Shown here one piece after another: positions 18,056 through 30,448 of a DNA stretch of 64,000 nt. The DNA is from Amoebidium appalachense (taxonomy: Eukaryota; Protista; Ichthyosporea). Every line of letters starts with the position of its first letter. The stretch's first letter is position 1. The notes under the pieces are model-generated. The model worked only from the letters and a program-made list of their open reading frames with translations, made no database searches and had not been told where the DNA came from. The position numbers and the translations under genes were made by a program. Location of the stretch: assembly GCA_963693365.1 (NCBI GenBank), contig CAVNZM010000014.1, positions 1,612,001-1,676,000 of the forward strand. The letters are read 5' to 3'.

Positions 18056-19370
18056 ACACACACCAGACACACACACCACCACCACGGTGACCACCACCAC
18101 CACCACCACCACCACTCACCCCTTAAAAAAACCACACACATACGTGCACGTGTACACACACACACAGAACACCACCACCACCTCCACTGGACCCCATTTC
18201 CTCGTTGTTTTCTTAAGCCTTCAGACCAGTCCTGCACACTGGAGTTAAACAATTGAATTCACCTAGGCTGACATGCATCCACCCCCGCCTTCCACTTCCC
18301 TCCCCCCACCCCCACCCCCCACCCCCCACCCCCACCCCCTCCCCCTCGATGAAGAAGGGCCCCCGTAAGCCTTGGGGGGGGGGGGGGGGGGGGGAGAGGG
18401 GAAGGGGGAGCTCTTGAGCCTCCGGGTAGGGAAGTGGGGTCCGGGGATCCGGAGAGGAGGGGGGGGGGGGGGGGGGGGGAAGGGGCATATAATATTGGGC
18501 CTAGATATCATAGTATGGGGCCCCGGGGGAGGGAGAGGTGGGGGGGGAGGGGGGAGGATCCACGGGAAAGACCTTTAGGTGCATGTTCTTATTTATACCC
18601 CCTTCGAATCATCCCCCCTCTCCCCCCCCCCTCCCCCCCCCCTGAGTGCAGGCCGTGACGTAGCTACGATAACCCTGCAGAAGGCAACAAAAATGTATTA
18701 ATTACTAGCACTATACATGTGTTCATAGTGCAGCTTGCACCACGTATGATCTCAGCAACTTTAAAGTAGTCACAAAGTTTAGTTATTTTCATTATTTTCA
18801 TTGCTCTGAACTCTATTACTCTGAAATGATCACCGTGCATGTGCCGCAAGATAACAACCCTATATGTGTGCAGCTGCTGCCTGCAGGTTAGACTCGCTGA
18901 AAAGACAATTGTCAGTGTGCATCCGACGCTTGCAGCTGCAGCTAGCCTCTGCAACATTAATACTTGCCAAGTGAATGCTCTTACACTTGATCATCATTCA
19001 CTCAAAAAACCGAGGACCGACAGATTAAATATTAATGTCGATCCGAATGATCAGCAAGTGTCTATGCGTACTACTATATATACACACACGTAAAATGCGA
19101 AGCTATCAGTTACAAGGCACACCTGCTGCACTGGCACACATACACATACACACCGGCAGATCGATGCTGTCAAAATTTACTTTCATGTACTTCGTAGGTC
19201 CGACACAGGTGCACATGAACACGTACATATGTACAAGCCGCGCACACACCACACCACACATACACACACACACACACACACTCACACACACACACGCACA
19301 CACGCACACACGCACACACGCACACACGCACGCACGCACGCACACACACACACACACGCACGCACGCGCG

Positions 19371-19462
<92 letters not shown>

Positions 19463-19899
19463 GACACACACACACACACACACATCACTGGGTGCGCTCG
19501 CTGGGGATTAGTTTTTTGGCACGCTGTTGACTTTATCGTGTGTTTATTATTTGCTATTTATTGGCCAGCGGCCAACATTTAAAAATATACTATATACCTA
19601 AAAATAGATACTGACTACGGCCAGCAGACATTATACACCTTCCAGGACACATTAACACCAATAGTCTAACACACCATACTCTCGATCACAAAGAATTCCT
19701 AACAAACAGAGAAAAGTGCAAAGGCTCTGTACTATTACTCAGATTCTAAATTTTAATTCTTTACAGTAAACTTCGGAATGAAAGCTAGCCCCCCCCCCCC
19801 CCCCCCCCCCTCCCCCCTAACATGACTGTACGAAGAACAGGTATAACTTGAAGCACTACAACACATATGAGATCCGTTACATTGGTGTACATTCCAATA

Positions 19900-21564
19900 T
19901 TAGACACTAGTTTGGCTACTCTGACTACTCTGAGATCCTGATTGGCTGCCTGCAGACTTGCGGCCACGATTACTTTGCTTTCGATCGTGCCATTGCAGCT
20001 GCGTCTCTCCAGCAGGTGGCAACGCCAGGCCCAGCACAGCAGATGCACGAGAAGGGGGTGGGAACTGCCCACCAGCCGAGGGCTGGCCCACATGGCCCAA
20101 GTAAGGATGGGGACCGTGCTGCGGCAGTAGCCCAGGCATGGGGAAGGCAGGGCCGGGCTGAGGCGGCATGATGCCCCACGGTGGGGGCCAGCCATGTGGG
20201 TGGTGCGGGCCTGGATGGGGTGCAGGGGGCATGTGCGGCACATGGCCCTGCTGCATGTCAAGCGCGGGTGCTGGTGGCATGGCATCCTGATTGGCTGCAA
20301 CCCAACGTGGGCAGCTCTTGGCCCGATTGGAGCCGGGGCAGCCCTTGCCCTGGCGGCCACACGTCTTGCAGGTCTTGGGGGCTCTCTGGGGTGGCTGCAT
20401 AGGAGGGGGCACCGGCAAATCCATCTGCAGGGGCCCCTCAGGGCCAATGTTGCGATGCTTTTTGCCCACTAGCATGGGCAAGGGCCGCTCACGCTGCGCC
20501 CCTGCATCGACACCGTCTGGAACAGGGAGGGGTGGCAAGGGGGCAGGCCGTATGGTTGCTGGCACAGCGTCTGCCCTCTCCTCGCGCATACGCTTGCGGT
20601 GATCTGCCAGGCCCTCGTGTGTGGAGCGCTGTGCATGTGCCGTCTGCCAGGTCTTCCACTTGTCGAAATGCTTCTTGATGTAGGCCGCATCCTTCATGTA
20701 GATTCCCCCAGCCACAGAGGCAGCCTTGTTGAAGTCTTGGGCCAAAGCCTCGAACAGCTGGCCGTTGGGCTTTGCATGTGCCTTGTAGGTGCCCAGGAGC
20801 AGCGTGCTGAATAGCTTGCGCTCCTGAGGGGTAAGCACCGGAAGGAAGGGGATGGCCACATGTTGCTTCTGCGCCAGGAACTTGTAGTCGCCCCTCAGTG
20901 CAGGGTCCGGCTGTGGTGCACCACGCGCCACCTGGTTGCCCCCCCCCCATGGCAGCACCGTCACCCTCCTCGACCTCACAGTCCTCTGGCCCGCCCATCA
21001 CGCCATTGGCTGCAGGCTCGATGTTATCAGACGGAGGTGGGGGTGCGGGCACCGCAACTGGCTCCTGCGCCGGGGCATTGGCCACACAGGAGAGCGGGGC
21101 AAAGTTGAAGTACTCCTCCGGTAGCTTGTAGCAGCCTACGGGTACCCACTGGGGGTCGAGGTGATGGCCGTACAGCATCAGCGCCAGTGCCTCCATGTCG
21201 TCAACAATCCAGGGGCTGTAGTGGGGGGGCCCCGATGCCTGGCCCAGGCGGTTGCGGTAGTGTGCACGCAGGTTGTGGCGGTGGCGCCTATTGGACATGG
21301 TGGCGTCCAGCAGGCGCAGCGACATGCGTGTGGCCCCAAAGTGGGTGGCCAGGGGGTTGTGCACTGCCCCCTCCACCTCGTTGGTGCCCCGGATGCAGCG
21401 GTAGCGCATGAGCCCATCTGCGTCGGCAGTGGTCTCGTAGTAGAGGGGCAGGCCGGGGGGGGTCCGACAGACAGCCATTTTGGGCGTGTTCGAGCAGCGA
21501 CTGTGGGGGCACAAGCAAACATCAGAGAGATGGGTGGGTGGTGGTGGTGGTAGTGTGTGTGTGT

Positions 21565-21612
<48 letters not shown>

Positions 21613-21684
21613 TGGGGTTGCTAAGGAAAAAAACGAGCAGGGAAAGGCAAAAAACAACTGGCTAGGCAGCAAGGGCCGTGCGGG

Positions 21685-21744
<60 letters not shown>

Positions 21745-21748
21745 ATGT

Positions 21749-21785
<37 letters not shown>

Positions 21786-22323
21786 GGCTAGGGTGTGCGT
21801 GTGTGTGCAGATGAACCAAGGATGACAAATAAGCGAAGAATCTTTTCTGTGGTGGTGGAGTTGTTGGGCGCCTGCAGGGGGAGGGGGGGGGGGGGGGGGA
21901 TGTTGCCTCGAGTCTTTCAAAGCCATCCTTCTTGAACAGAGGCTTGCCATCCGGTCCGGGCGGCACATCCTTGTAGGTGTTTTTGAACTCCACCAGCCGC
22001 GAGACCAGCGTGTATGGGTCGGGAATAACCCGCCGGATGCGCTCCATGAAGTAGCTCAGGTCGCCGCCCTTGAGCTCGGTTTCAATGTCGATGCCCTTCT
22101 GCTCCAGCACCCCCTGTGAGGCAGGATGCCAATATTAATTTACTACGCACACTGCAATTTGGGTTTGGTAGACTTTGATACCTGCCGTTATTGTAGGACC
22201 CCTCCCCTCCACCCCCCCATCTTCTCCCCCAACACAAGTAAAAAATGCATGTGGCTCTTTCCCCCCACAACCCTACATTATTTCTCTCTAGGCATATGAA
22301 TAACCCCCACTCTCCTCCCCCCC

Positions 22324-22372
<49 letters not shown>

Positions 22373-23397
22373 TCCCCCCCCTCTCTCTGAGGCTCAGGCT
22401 CTCTCTCTTCCCTCAGAAGTTTTGTCGAAGGTGTGCATGGTTGTGGGTGGAATGGTGAGTGTGTGCTAACGAGTGTATGTGTGTGTGCGCGTCAGTCACG
22501 CATGTTGTTGTTGCCGTTTTTTTTATTTTTATTTTTTATTTTTTATTTTGGGGGGGGGGGGAGGGGGGGGGCACCTTCACATGTCCGTAATCCTCTTCAT
22601 TCCACACAAATATTGCCTCGCTGAGTGCGCGTGCGTACTCAGCCCTGCGGGGGTGTGACTTGTACGTGCCGTCCGCCGTGTTTGCAATGGAGTGGAAGGC
22701 GTCATTCAGCACAGTCTGCCACACCACCTCCCCAGGCGGTGCCTGGCCCAACATGCCCTCTCTGGGAGCTGCCTCGGGTCCCCCTGGGGCTGCCTCAAGG
22801 CCCCCCGGGGCTGCCTGGGGGTCCTGGGGGGGTGCCTGTGGGCCGGCAAGGGGTTGCTGCTGCTCGGCAGGGGGAGGGGCTGGGTCAGGGACCACCGGCA
22901 CCTCGGCACCTGGGTCCGGTGGGGGCTGAATGGGCCGTAGCCACTGCAGGTGCACCATCAGCTCAAAGGGCGGCGGGCCCAGCTCTCCCAGGGTCTTGCC
23001 CTTGTCGGGGCCAAAGGGCACCTGCATGGCCGGCGACAGCACCTGATCCACCCGCACCACTGCATGCTTCTTGCCCACCTTCATGCCCCCCCAGCGCTCC
23101 GGCTGCACAGCCAGCACCACCCCGGTGGCTGCTGCAGCATGTGGGCCCCGCCGGGGCACAATCTCAACCCCTTCACCGAGTGCCTTTGCATGAAGCCGCG
23201 CTGCATGTCATAGAGGGAAGCAAAAAACTCAGCCAAAAAGCCACAGCACCAACGTTTTTCTCTTCGCTCCACAAAAATCAAATGCATATTCCTTAGCAAC
23301 CCCCCTTCCCCCCCCCCCCCCCCCCCTTCTCCCTCCCCCCCCCCCCTCTCCCAGTGCCCAGCTTGTGTGGCACTTGCACGTGTTAACAGTGCTATAG

Positions 23398-23435
<38 letters not shown>

Positions 23436-25051
23436 ACCACCACCACCACCACCAATCACCCCCTCCTTTGATAGCCACCCGACACCCAGCATAACACAAC
23501 TGGAACACTGGCCCATGTGGTCAGCCACCCCCCCCCCCCCCCCCCCCCCCCCCCTCCCCTCCCCCTCCCCTCTCCTCTGGGGGGCCCAAAATCTTTCTAT
23601 ATCTGGCATAAGCACATAAGCACTGGGGCAAAAAGCAGGTGGGATACACACCTGACAGGTTTGGCCTATCGACCACGGCCGAGTAGACCTGCAGGGACGC
23701 ATATGCATCAAGGGCAGCGTAGGTGGCCTGCACCTCTGATAGCGGCTCGTGCCAGTTGGAGCATCGAACAAGTGCCGGCTTGGGCAGCTTCTTGCCTATG
23801 ACCTGGGCAGTGATGTCGGCCAAGCCCCGGGCCGCAGAGGTGATAGCTGCACGGGCATAGCAGAACCGGCCCAGCTCCAGATAGCTGGCCACAGGGGTGC
23901 CGTAGTCCTTGTTGAGGTGGGCCGAGTCCGTGCCGATCTGCTTGCCCACCTTGATGATGCTGGGGTCCCTAAGCAGCGCAATCAGCTCGTCCACCAGCCG
24001 CGCGGGCGGGCTGTGGTTGGGGCCCATGCGTGCCAAGTGGAAGATGTACACGGCCCGTGCGGTGGCAATCTGCAGCGTGCAAACCTTGGACCGCGCCTGG
24101 CCCACCCGATAGACCCACTCGCAGTCCAGCCCCACCACGCGGTGCTGCTGCCCCTCCAGGTCGGCACGAATGGCCGCTGTAGCCACCACCGCCCCCTGGC
24201 AGTCGGTGTACACCGGCTTAGGGTAGTTGGCCGGCAGCTCCAGCCCAGGCAGACCGTCCGTCACGCTTACCAGCGCAGCCTCGTTCAGACGGACGGGGCA
24301 TTTTGGCCGGGCTAGGGTTGGAAACATGCGCTCAACAAATGCCCGGTCTTGGCAGCACCGATCTGTGTAGAAGAAGGCCGGGCCCTTGCTGTTGAGCGCC
24401 GCCGTGGTGGCAGAGATGCGCTGGATCACGGGCTCAATCTCCTGGTGGCTGCAGTCCCGTGTAAATACCTGCGCCCGGATCTCTGGGGTGCCGCACTGTG
24501 TGAGAGGGCATCTCCGAGCAGCCATGCATGTTCTAGCTTCCCTTACCACATGGCCCTTCACGAGACTTCAGTGCCCACACAATCCTTTCCCCCTCCCTCC
24601 CCCCAAACCCATGTGCCCACATACTTTCCCCTCCCTCTCCCCCAAAACCCTTCCCCCTCCTTCCCCCCAAACCCATGTGCCCACATACTTTCCCCAGGCC
24701 TCCCTTTCCCCCAAAATCTTCCCCCCCCCCTCCCCCCCTAAACCCATGTACCTACAATCCTTCCCCCTTCCTCCCCCTAAACCCTTGTGATCACAATCCT
24801 TTCCCCCTCTCTGCCTTCCCCCCAAACCCATGTGCCCACGATCCTTCCCCACTCCCCCTCCCCCCAAACCATGGGACAGCCCTCCATATGGCACCTACTG
24901 TCCCCCCCCCCCCCCCCCCCCCACCCCACCCCGGGCCTCTTGCCCTCTCTACCTTCAACCCCGACGGTGGTGTCTCTCCCCCCCCCCCCCCCCCCCCCCC
25001 TGCATCCCTTGCAATCACTGGCCCCTACTCCCATTCTGCTTGGCAGAAGCT

Positions 25052-25112
<61 letters not shown>

Positions 25113-25346
25113 ATTCCCCGCCAAAAGAAAGCTCCACCCCAGCCCACCCCAATCTCTACCCAGCAAAAACACATACACACATATCTGGAGCTTCCTAGTT
25201 TTTGCTCGACAGGGCAAGAATTGTCCCCAAAACCCACATACTACAAACCTCTACTCACAGTGTGCCACCTCATTAAATGTGGAGCCTAAGAGATTTAAAG
25301 GCCCTAGAGGGGGGAGGGGGGGGAGGGGGGGGAGGGGGGCGTGTGT

Positions 25347-25377
<31 letters not shown>

Positions 25378-25806
25378 GGCGTGTGTGGGGGGGGGGGGAG
25401 GGGGGGAAGGGGGCCTGGGGGGAGAGTGGGGGGAGGGGGAGAAGAGGAGGGACCACACACCGCCAAGCTCGTTTACACAAGTCCATAGGCCTCGGTACAG
25501 AGGCTCCCCATTGATGCCGGTGAGCTTCCCAATTTGGAAGGTGTGGTCGGCCTTGAGCACGTTGTTTACGGGCTTGAGCTGCGTGTCCAGGCTCTGGTAC
25601 TTTGCCGTGCGGTCGCTGAACTCAGTATACACGGCACTCAGGTATTTGCCTGAACCCCAAGTACTGTTAGAACTCCACCACCCTCCCATCAGGACCATCC
25701 CCCCCATTCCCTCTAGTCCCTCGTGTTCATCTCACCTCTCTGTATTTTCGTAAGTCTGTATGGCTTTTCCCATCTCAAAAACGCTACACACCCATCTCCG
25801 GCCGTT

Positions 25807-25843
<37 letters not shown>

Positions 25844-26015
25844 CCTCCCGGCGCGCGCAAACCCTCCAAGTCATTGCACCAACTTTCACCTTCTTTCCCC
25901 TTTGTGCCCCATCTGCAGTTTGTCCCCTGCACGTCCGTTTGCCCTTCCCCCCACACCCTCCTGCCACTACTATAATAACCATTAAGTACCGCCACCAAGA
26001 TCCAGTCTACCACCA

Positions 26016-26078
<63 letters not shown>

Positions 26079-26334
26079 CTCTCCACCTCCTTTCCCCCAA
26101 CACACACAGACACACATGCGCACACCCACCATCTAATTTCAGGCATAACAGTTCTCCACGATTTCCCAAGCACACTCACTGGTACATGGACCGTTATGCT
26201 TTCACCCCTCTGATGATCCCTCTGCCCTCCCCCCCCCCCCCCCCCCCCCCCCCCCCCACCACCACCACCACCACCACCACCATGACTGATTGCCACCACC
26301 ACCACCTAATCCATCACCATGTCCCCCCTCCCCC

Positions 26335-26382
<48 letters not shown>

Positions 26383-27773
26383 ACGGACCCACAAGTACAC
26401 GCACACTCACAGGCGCACATCCACCACCACACATCCACCACCACCATAATAGAAACTTATTGACCACACTTCCAAAACCCATTTCCAAGTCCCCCCCCCC
26501 CCTAAAAAAAAAAATAAAAAATAATAAAACAAAACCCTACCAAGCCAACCCAAAAAATGCCCAAGCACGTGCATACAAAACAATGGGGACCATTTACACA
26601 CCCAAAATGCAGTGCACACTTGCCTGAAGGCACATGTCCAGCGTAACCATTTTTGTCACCAAACGCCGAGAACTTAGCCGCCTGCTCCTCTGGGGGAAGT
26701 TCTGTCAGGCGCTGGTCGTGGGGGCGGAAATCGTTACGCTTTTTGAGTTCATACTTGGTCCAATGCAGCGCCCTCGAGTAATACAGGAGCCGCTGCTCGT
26801 CGTATCGCTGCTTGTGGAGCTCCGAGAGGAGGGTGGCAAAGGCGTTTGGGCCCACACCTTTGTCTGCCAGTGCACGCAACAATGTTACCACCTTTAGGTC
26901 GAGCCCACTGCGGTGGCTAAGGTAGGCCGGAAACTGATCACGCATGAAGAGTGGAAGGCGTTTAATTGTCTGGGGGTTTGTGCCGGCAAAGTTTTTTTTG
27001 CATGTGTCACAAAAGTACCGGGCCGTGATAATGTAGTAGCAGCTGTCAAAGTCGATAACACGCCGTCCTACGGGGTTGCTCATGAACCCATTGCGAGAAG
27101 TACGGTGTGGGTTGGGGTGGTTGTGGGGGTCCACGTAGTGATCATCGAAGGGGCACGGCACCATGAAACCGGGAGACAACCTTTCCGGAAGCCAGGCAAA
27201 ACATCTGGGTTTGTAGAAAGGCGCTGGATCGCCCCCAAATTTAAAGCCTATAATGGGAGGTGGAAGATGCCACCCCACAGGCGTCTTCTCATCTTTGAGA
27301 CTCTCTTTCACTGTGTGCAGGTGCGACTTGATTGTTTCGCCCGCCGCGTCAGAAAACTCCTCTCCACCGTCATCCCCGTCCGTATTATCTTCTCCCTCTT
27401 CCTCCCCTTCATCCTCGTCTACCCGGTACGCATCTGCTGCTGCATTTAGCAAAGGTTCCTCGTCGGGTTGCACCTGTATGTCTGGTGGGTGTGGAGCAGG
27501 GGCCCGATCCATTTCTCTTGGTAACGAATGGACGCTACCTGCCTCAACTACACGGGCCCTTATGTCGGCGGCCTTAGATAGAGGGGGCTGTTCGGGTTGT
27601 ACGTTTACGTTTAGTTCCTGCAAAACAGCTTTGTTTGCCGTCCCAAAACCTGCAAAGTTCGCTAAAGGCTGAACAAATGCAGCATCTTTTTTTTTGCGCC
27701 CAGCTCCCTCCCTAGCTCCGCCTGTTTTATGCCCAGGGCGCTGTGTTGTGCCCTTAGGGCAGCCTGGCTTCAT
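19900..27773 (-). CDS. DUF6729-type DDE transposase-like protein with an inserted WRN-like 3'-5' exonuclease (exons 27773-26624, 25649-25461, 24482-23652, 23200-22575, 22113-21907, 21500-19900; ~1530 aa)
   Basis: Phase-compatible exons give, in order: GGAREGAGRKK; a Cys-rich CPF...RYFCDTC region; VLKADHTF; NELGEIR; FYTDRCCQD; DnaQ/WRN ExoI-III motifs (VVGLDCEW, IKVG..IGTD, SNW..PLS..Q..YAALDAYAS); NDAFH; HAQNGCLSDPP; YRCIRGTNEVEGAVH; and a C-terminal CKTC..CPG..C knuckle. Two 1-nt indels in homopolymers (~21455, ~20945) are needed to keep the frame. Confidence 0.8.
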
Positions 27774-28209
27774 TTTAAACACTTGGGGCCTGGCCCCCTG
27801 CCCCCCTAGTGCGACTACGTTACCGCAAACATTCCCGTATTCCAGTGTGCTCGGCAATGCTGCTCATGGCCTTCCCGGACTGGTGGTTGTGACCAGTAAA
27901 GAGCGCGCCAATTCCTGACCGCCGCCTACAGCAGTGTATGATCTGTTATCCATATTCGGCAAAAGGGGTCTTGCCCAACCAATGGCTTGAATCCTTGTAA
28001 CTTTGCTTTATCCATATAAGGTTAGCTGAACACCCCCCCCTCCAATCATACCCCCCCCTTCTCTCTAGTAGTAGCTCCTGGCATGCCGCACCCCCCCCCC
28101 TCGGACATGGCCGTAATCTGGATTCCACTAATCCACCTCGGGAGGTGGATTAGCGCGAAATCCTTTCAGGTCCTGAATGTCCGACCCAATGAATGTTCAT
28201 TTTATGGAA

Positions 28210-28809
28210 CTATATATGGTGTCCTTTTGCACCAATCGTCGATAGTTTGAAGTGGCCAAAAAAGGATTGTTGAAAGGGCGCCAAACCAAACTTCCGTGTA
28301 GGCAAGTTGTGCTGCTCTTCGTCTGAGTAGTGGCCATGCTCCTCCGCGTTGTGCTTTTTTATAAAGTTCATAAGTAGAAAGCACACAAGAATGATCTTCG
28401 AGAGCATCTTAGGACAGTAGTTGGTGGCTTTCTGGAGTATCTGAAAGCGGTTTTTCAGCATACCATAGAACCGCTCAATGACCACCCGCGCCTTGGCATG
28501 CCTCAGGTTGAATAACTCCTTCGCATTCTGAGGACTAGAACACGACACATGAATAGACAACACCAGACACTTCAACATCAATATGACAGTGTGTGTGTGC
28601 GCGTGGCTGTTTGTGTGTGTGCATGTTCGTTTAGTGTGTGCACGCGGGCATGACCCGTGCGGGCACACGCGGACGCATGTGTGTGTGCGTATTTGTACAC
28701 GTGAGTCTGTGTAGGTGTTTGTGCATGCGCGCACGACCGAAGTTCAGGTTGGATGTGTGAACTATCTATCTCTCCTTTTCTCTCCCTATCCACTCTCTCT
28801 GTGCATGTG

Positions 28810-28875
<66 letters not shown>

Positions 28876-30033
28876 TGTGTGTGTGCAGAACAAAAGGAAA
28901 CAGGAAAAGCACACTTTTTTACAGATGTAGGGAGGGAGTGATGGGTCGAGGGGCCTTCTTTTTTTGGGGGAGGGGGGGAGGGGGGGAGGGGGGGGGGGGG
29001 GGGGGGGGGGGGCTAAATACGCCATTGCTCCCGTCCCGTACTCCTTCAGATGATAGCGGACTCCTCTGTAGGGTGCCAAAATTTCGTTTGTGTTCGGGTA
29101 GCCCTGGTCACCCAGGTAAACTTTCCCCGTCGGCACACGTAAATTTTGTGGAGGGGGCTGCTCGAGGGCACAGTTCAACACTGTGCTGTCTGCACCACAT
29201 CCCTCCCCACCGGGCAAACAATGTGGAATATGCTTCCCAGTCGCATGCACCCAATACATTTTGTGCTGTGCAACCTTTCCTGCACCGATACCGATCAGCA
29301 GCCTCCGGTTTGACCTTGCACGGAACAAGAGTGCCATCAACTGCCCCGAGAACAATACGGAAGTAAGGCCAAAACTCAGGGTTTTCACGCACCCAACTAG
29401 GCACCATATATGACTCATCGGGTTGAATCATGTATTCTTCCCCGAGAGCAGCAAGCGTGGCATCGATGCCTTCTCGAAAACGCCTGCAGCACACAATGAT
29501 GTCTGATTATTTTCCACATTCCTACATATAAGCTTCATTGAAAACAACAGCAAAACCTTGAGACAGTGCACGCGCACGTGCACCCTGGACAGTGGAACAC
29601 AACCCATTCGGAGCATTGTTGTTTAACAAGCACAGACAAATGCTGCAAACACACAGCCAATAACATAATTCAACAGGGCAGGAGTCATAGCACTACATAC
29701 CGGCTCACGGTCTCGGTGCTGTGTTGGAAACGTTCGGCAACGTTCCTGACTGCAACACCCTGCCCAAGGGTATACAGCATCATGCAGGTAACTTCCTGAG
29801 CGTCCATGTTATCACTCTCTTCAATGAATGGAGCCAACTTCTCAATTAACTCCCTTGCAACATATGGACTCACGCGTAGGACATCGTTCACCCTTGTCTC
29901 GTGAGCTGTGCCAAGCAGTTCTTGCACATACTCTCTACCACTGAGCGGGGAAGTACGACAGGGCTCTTTGAGCTCTGGGCTATAGGTCAAGGCTGCAATC
30001 GCAGCCAAAACGGCTATGTTCCGGGCTGCATAC
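28210..30033 (-). pseudogene. PIF/Harbinger (HARBI1-like, DDE_Tnp_4) transposase, intron-containing and frameshifted
   Basis: Motifs RFQHSTETVSR, GAVDGTLVP, YRCRKG..QNVLGACD, YLGDQGYP, PYRGVRYHLKE and ELFNLRHAKARVVIERFYGMLKNRFQIL. There is a frame break near 29220 in the expected GWEG region. Confidence 0.88.
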
Positions 30034-30448
30034 ATGGTGAGTGTCTCAAATAAAACCGTATACAACTCAGCACTTTCGTGGTTTATTACTGCTTATCACT
30101 ATGGTGTATATGTGTAGCGGGTCTGCAATTGCAAGTCACCGACCGGTGATGAACAGCGTGACAGCTGCAGAGCAAATCTAACCCGAAATCGTACGTGGGC
30201 TGTTTGGCATCCATGGGTTATCTACCCGGCTTAACCCAGGTTTAGCCTACATGGTTATGTTGGTATCGAACACCCATCCTACGTGTCTACCCAGAAAAAT
30301 ATTTATGTCAATAATTTCCACAAATAAAACCTCTATGAAAACTACTCCGGGACGTGTGTTGCCTCTAGGGGGACATCCCCTTGGACGAAAGTGAACCTGC
30401 AATGGTTGTAAACCACGGCACGAGAGCAGTATGCTTGCTCCAAAGGTT

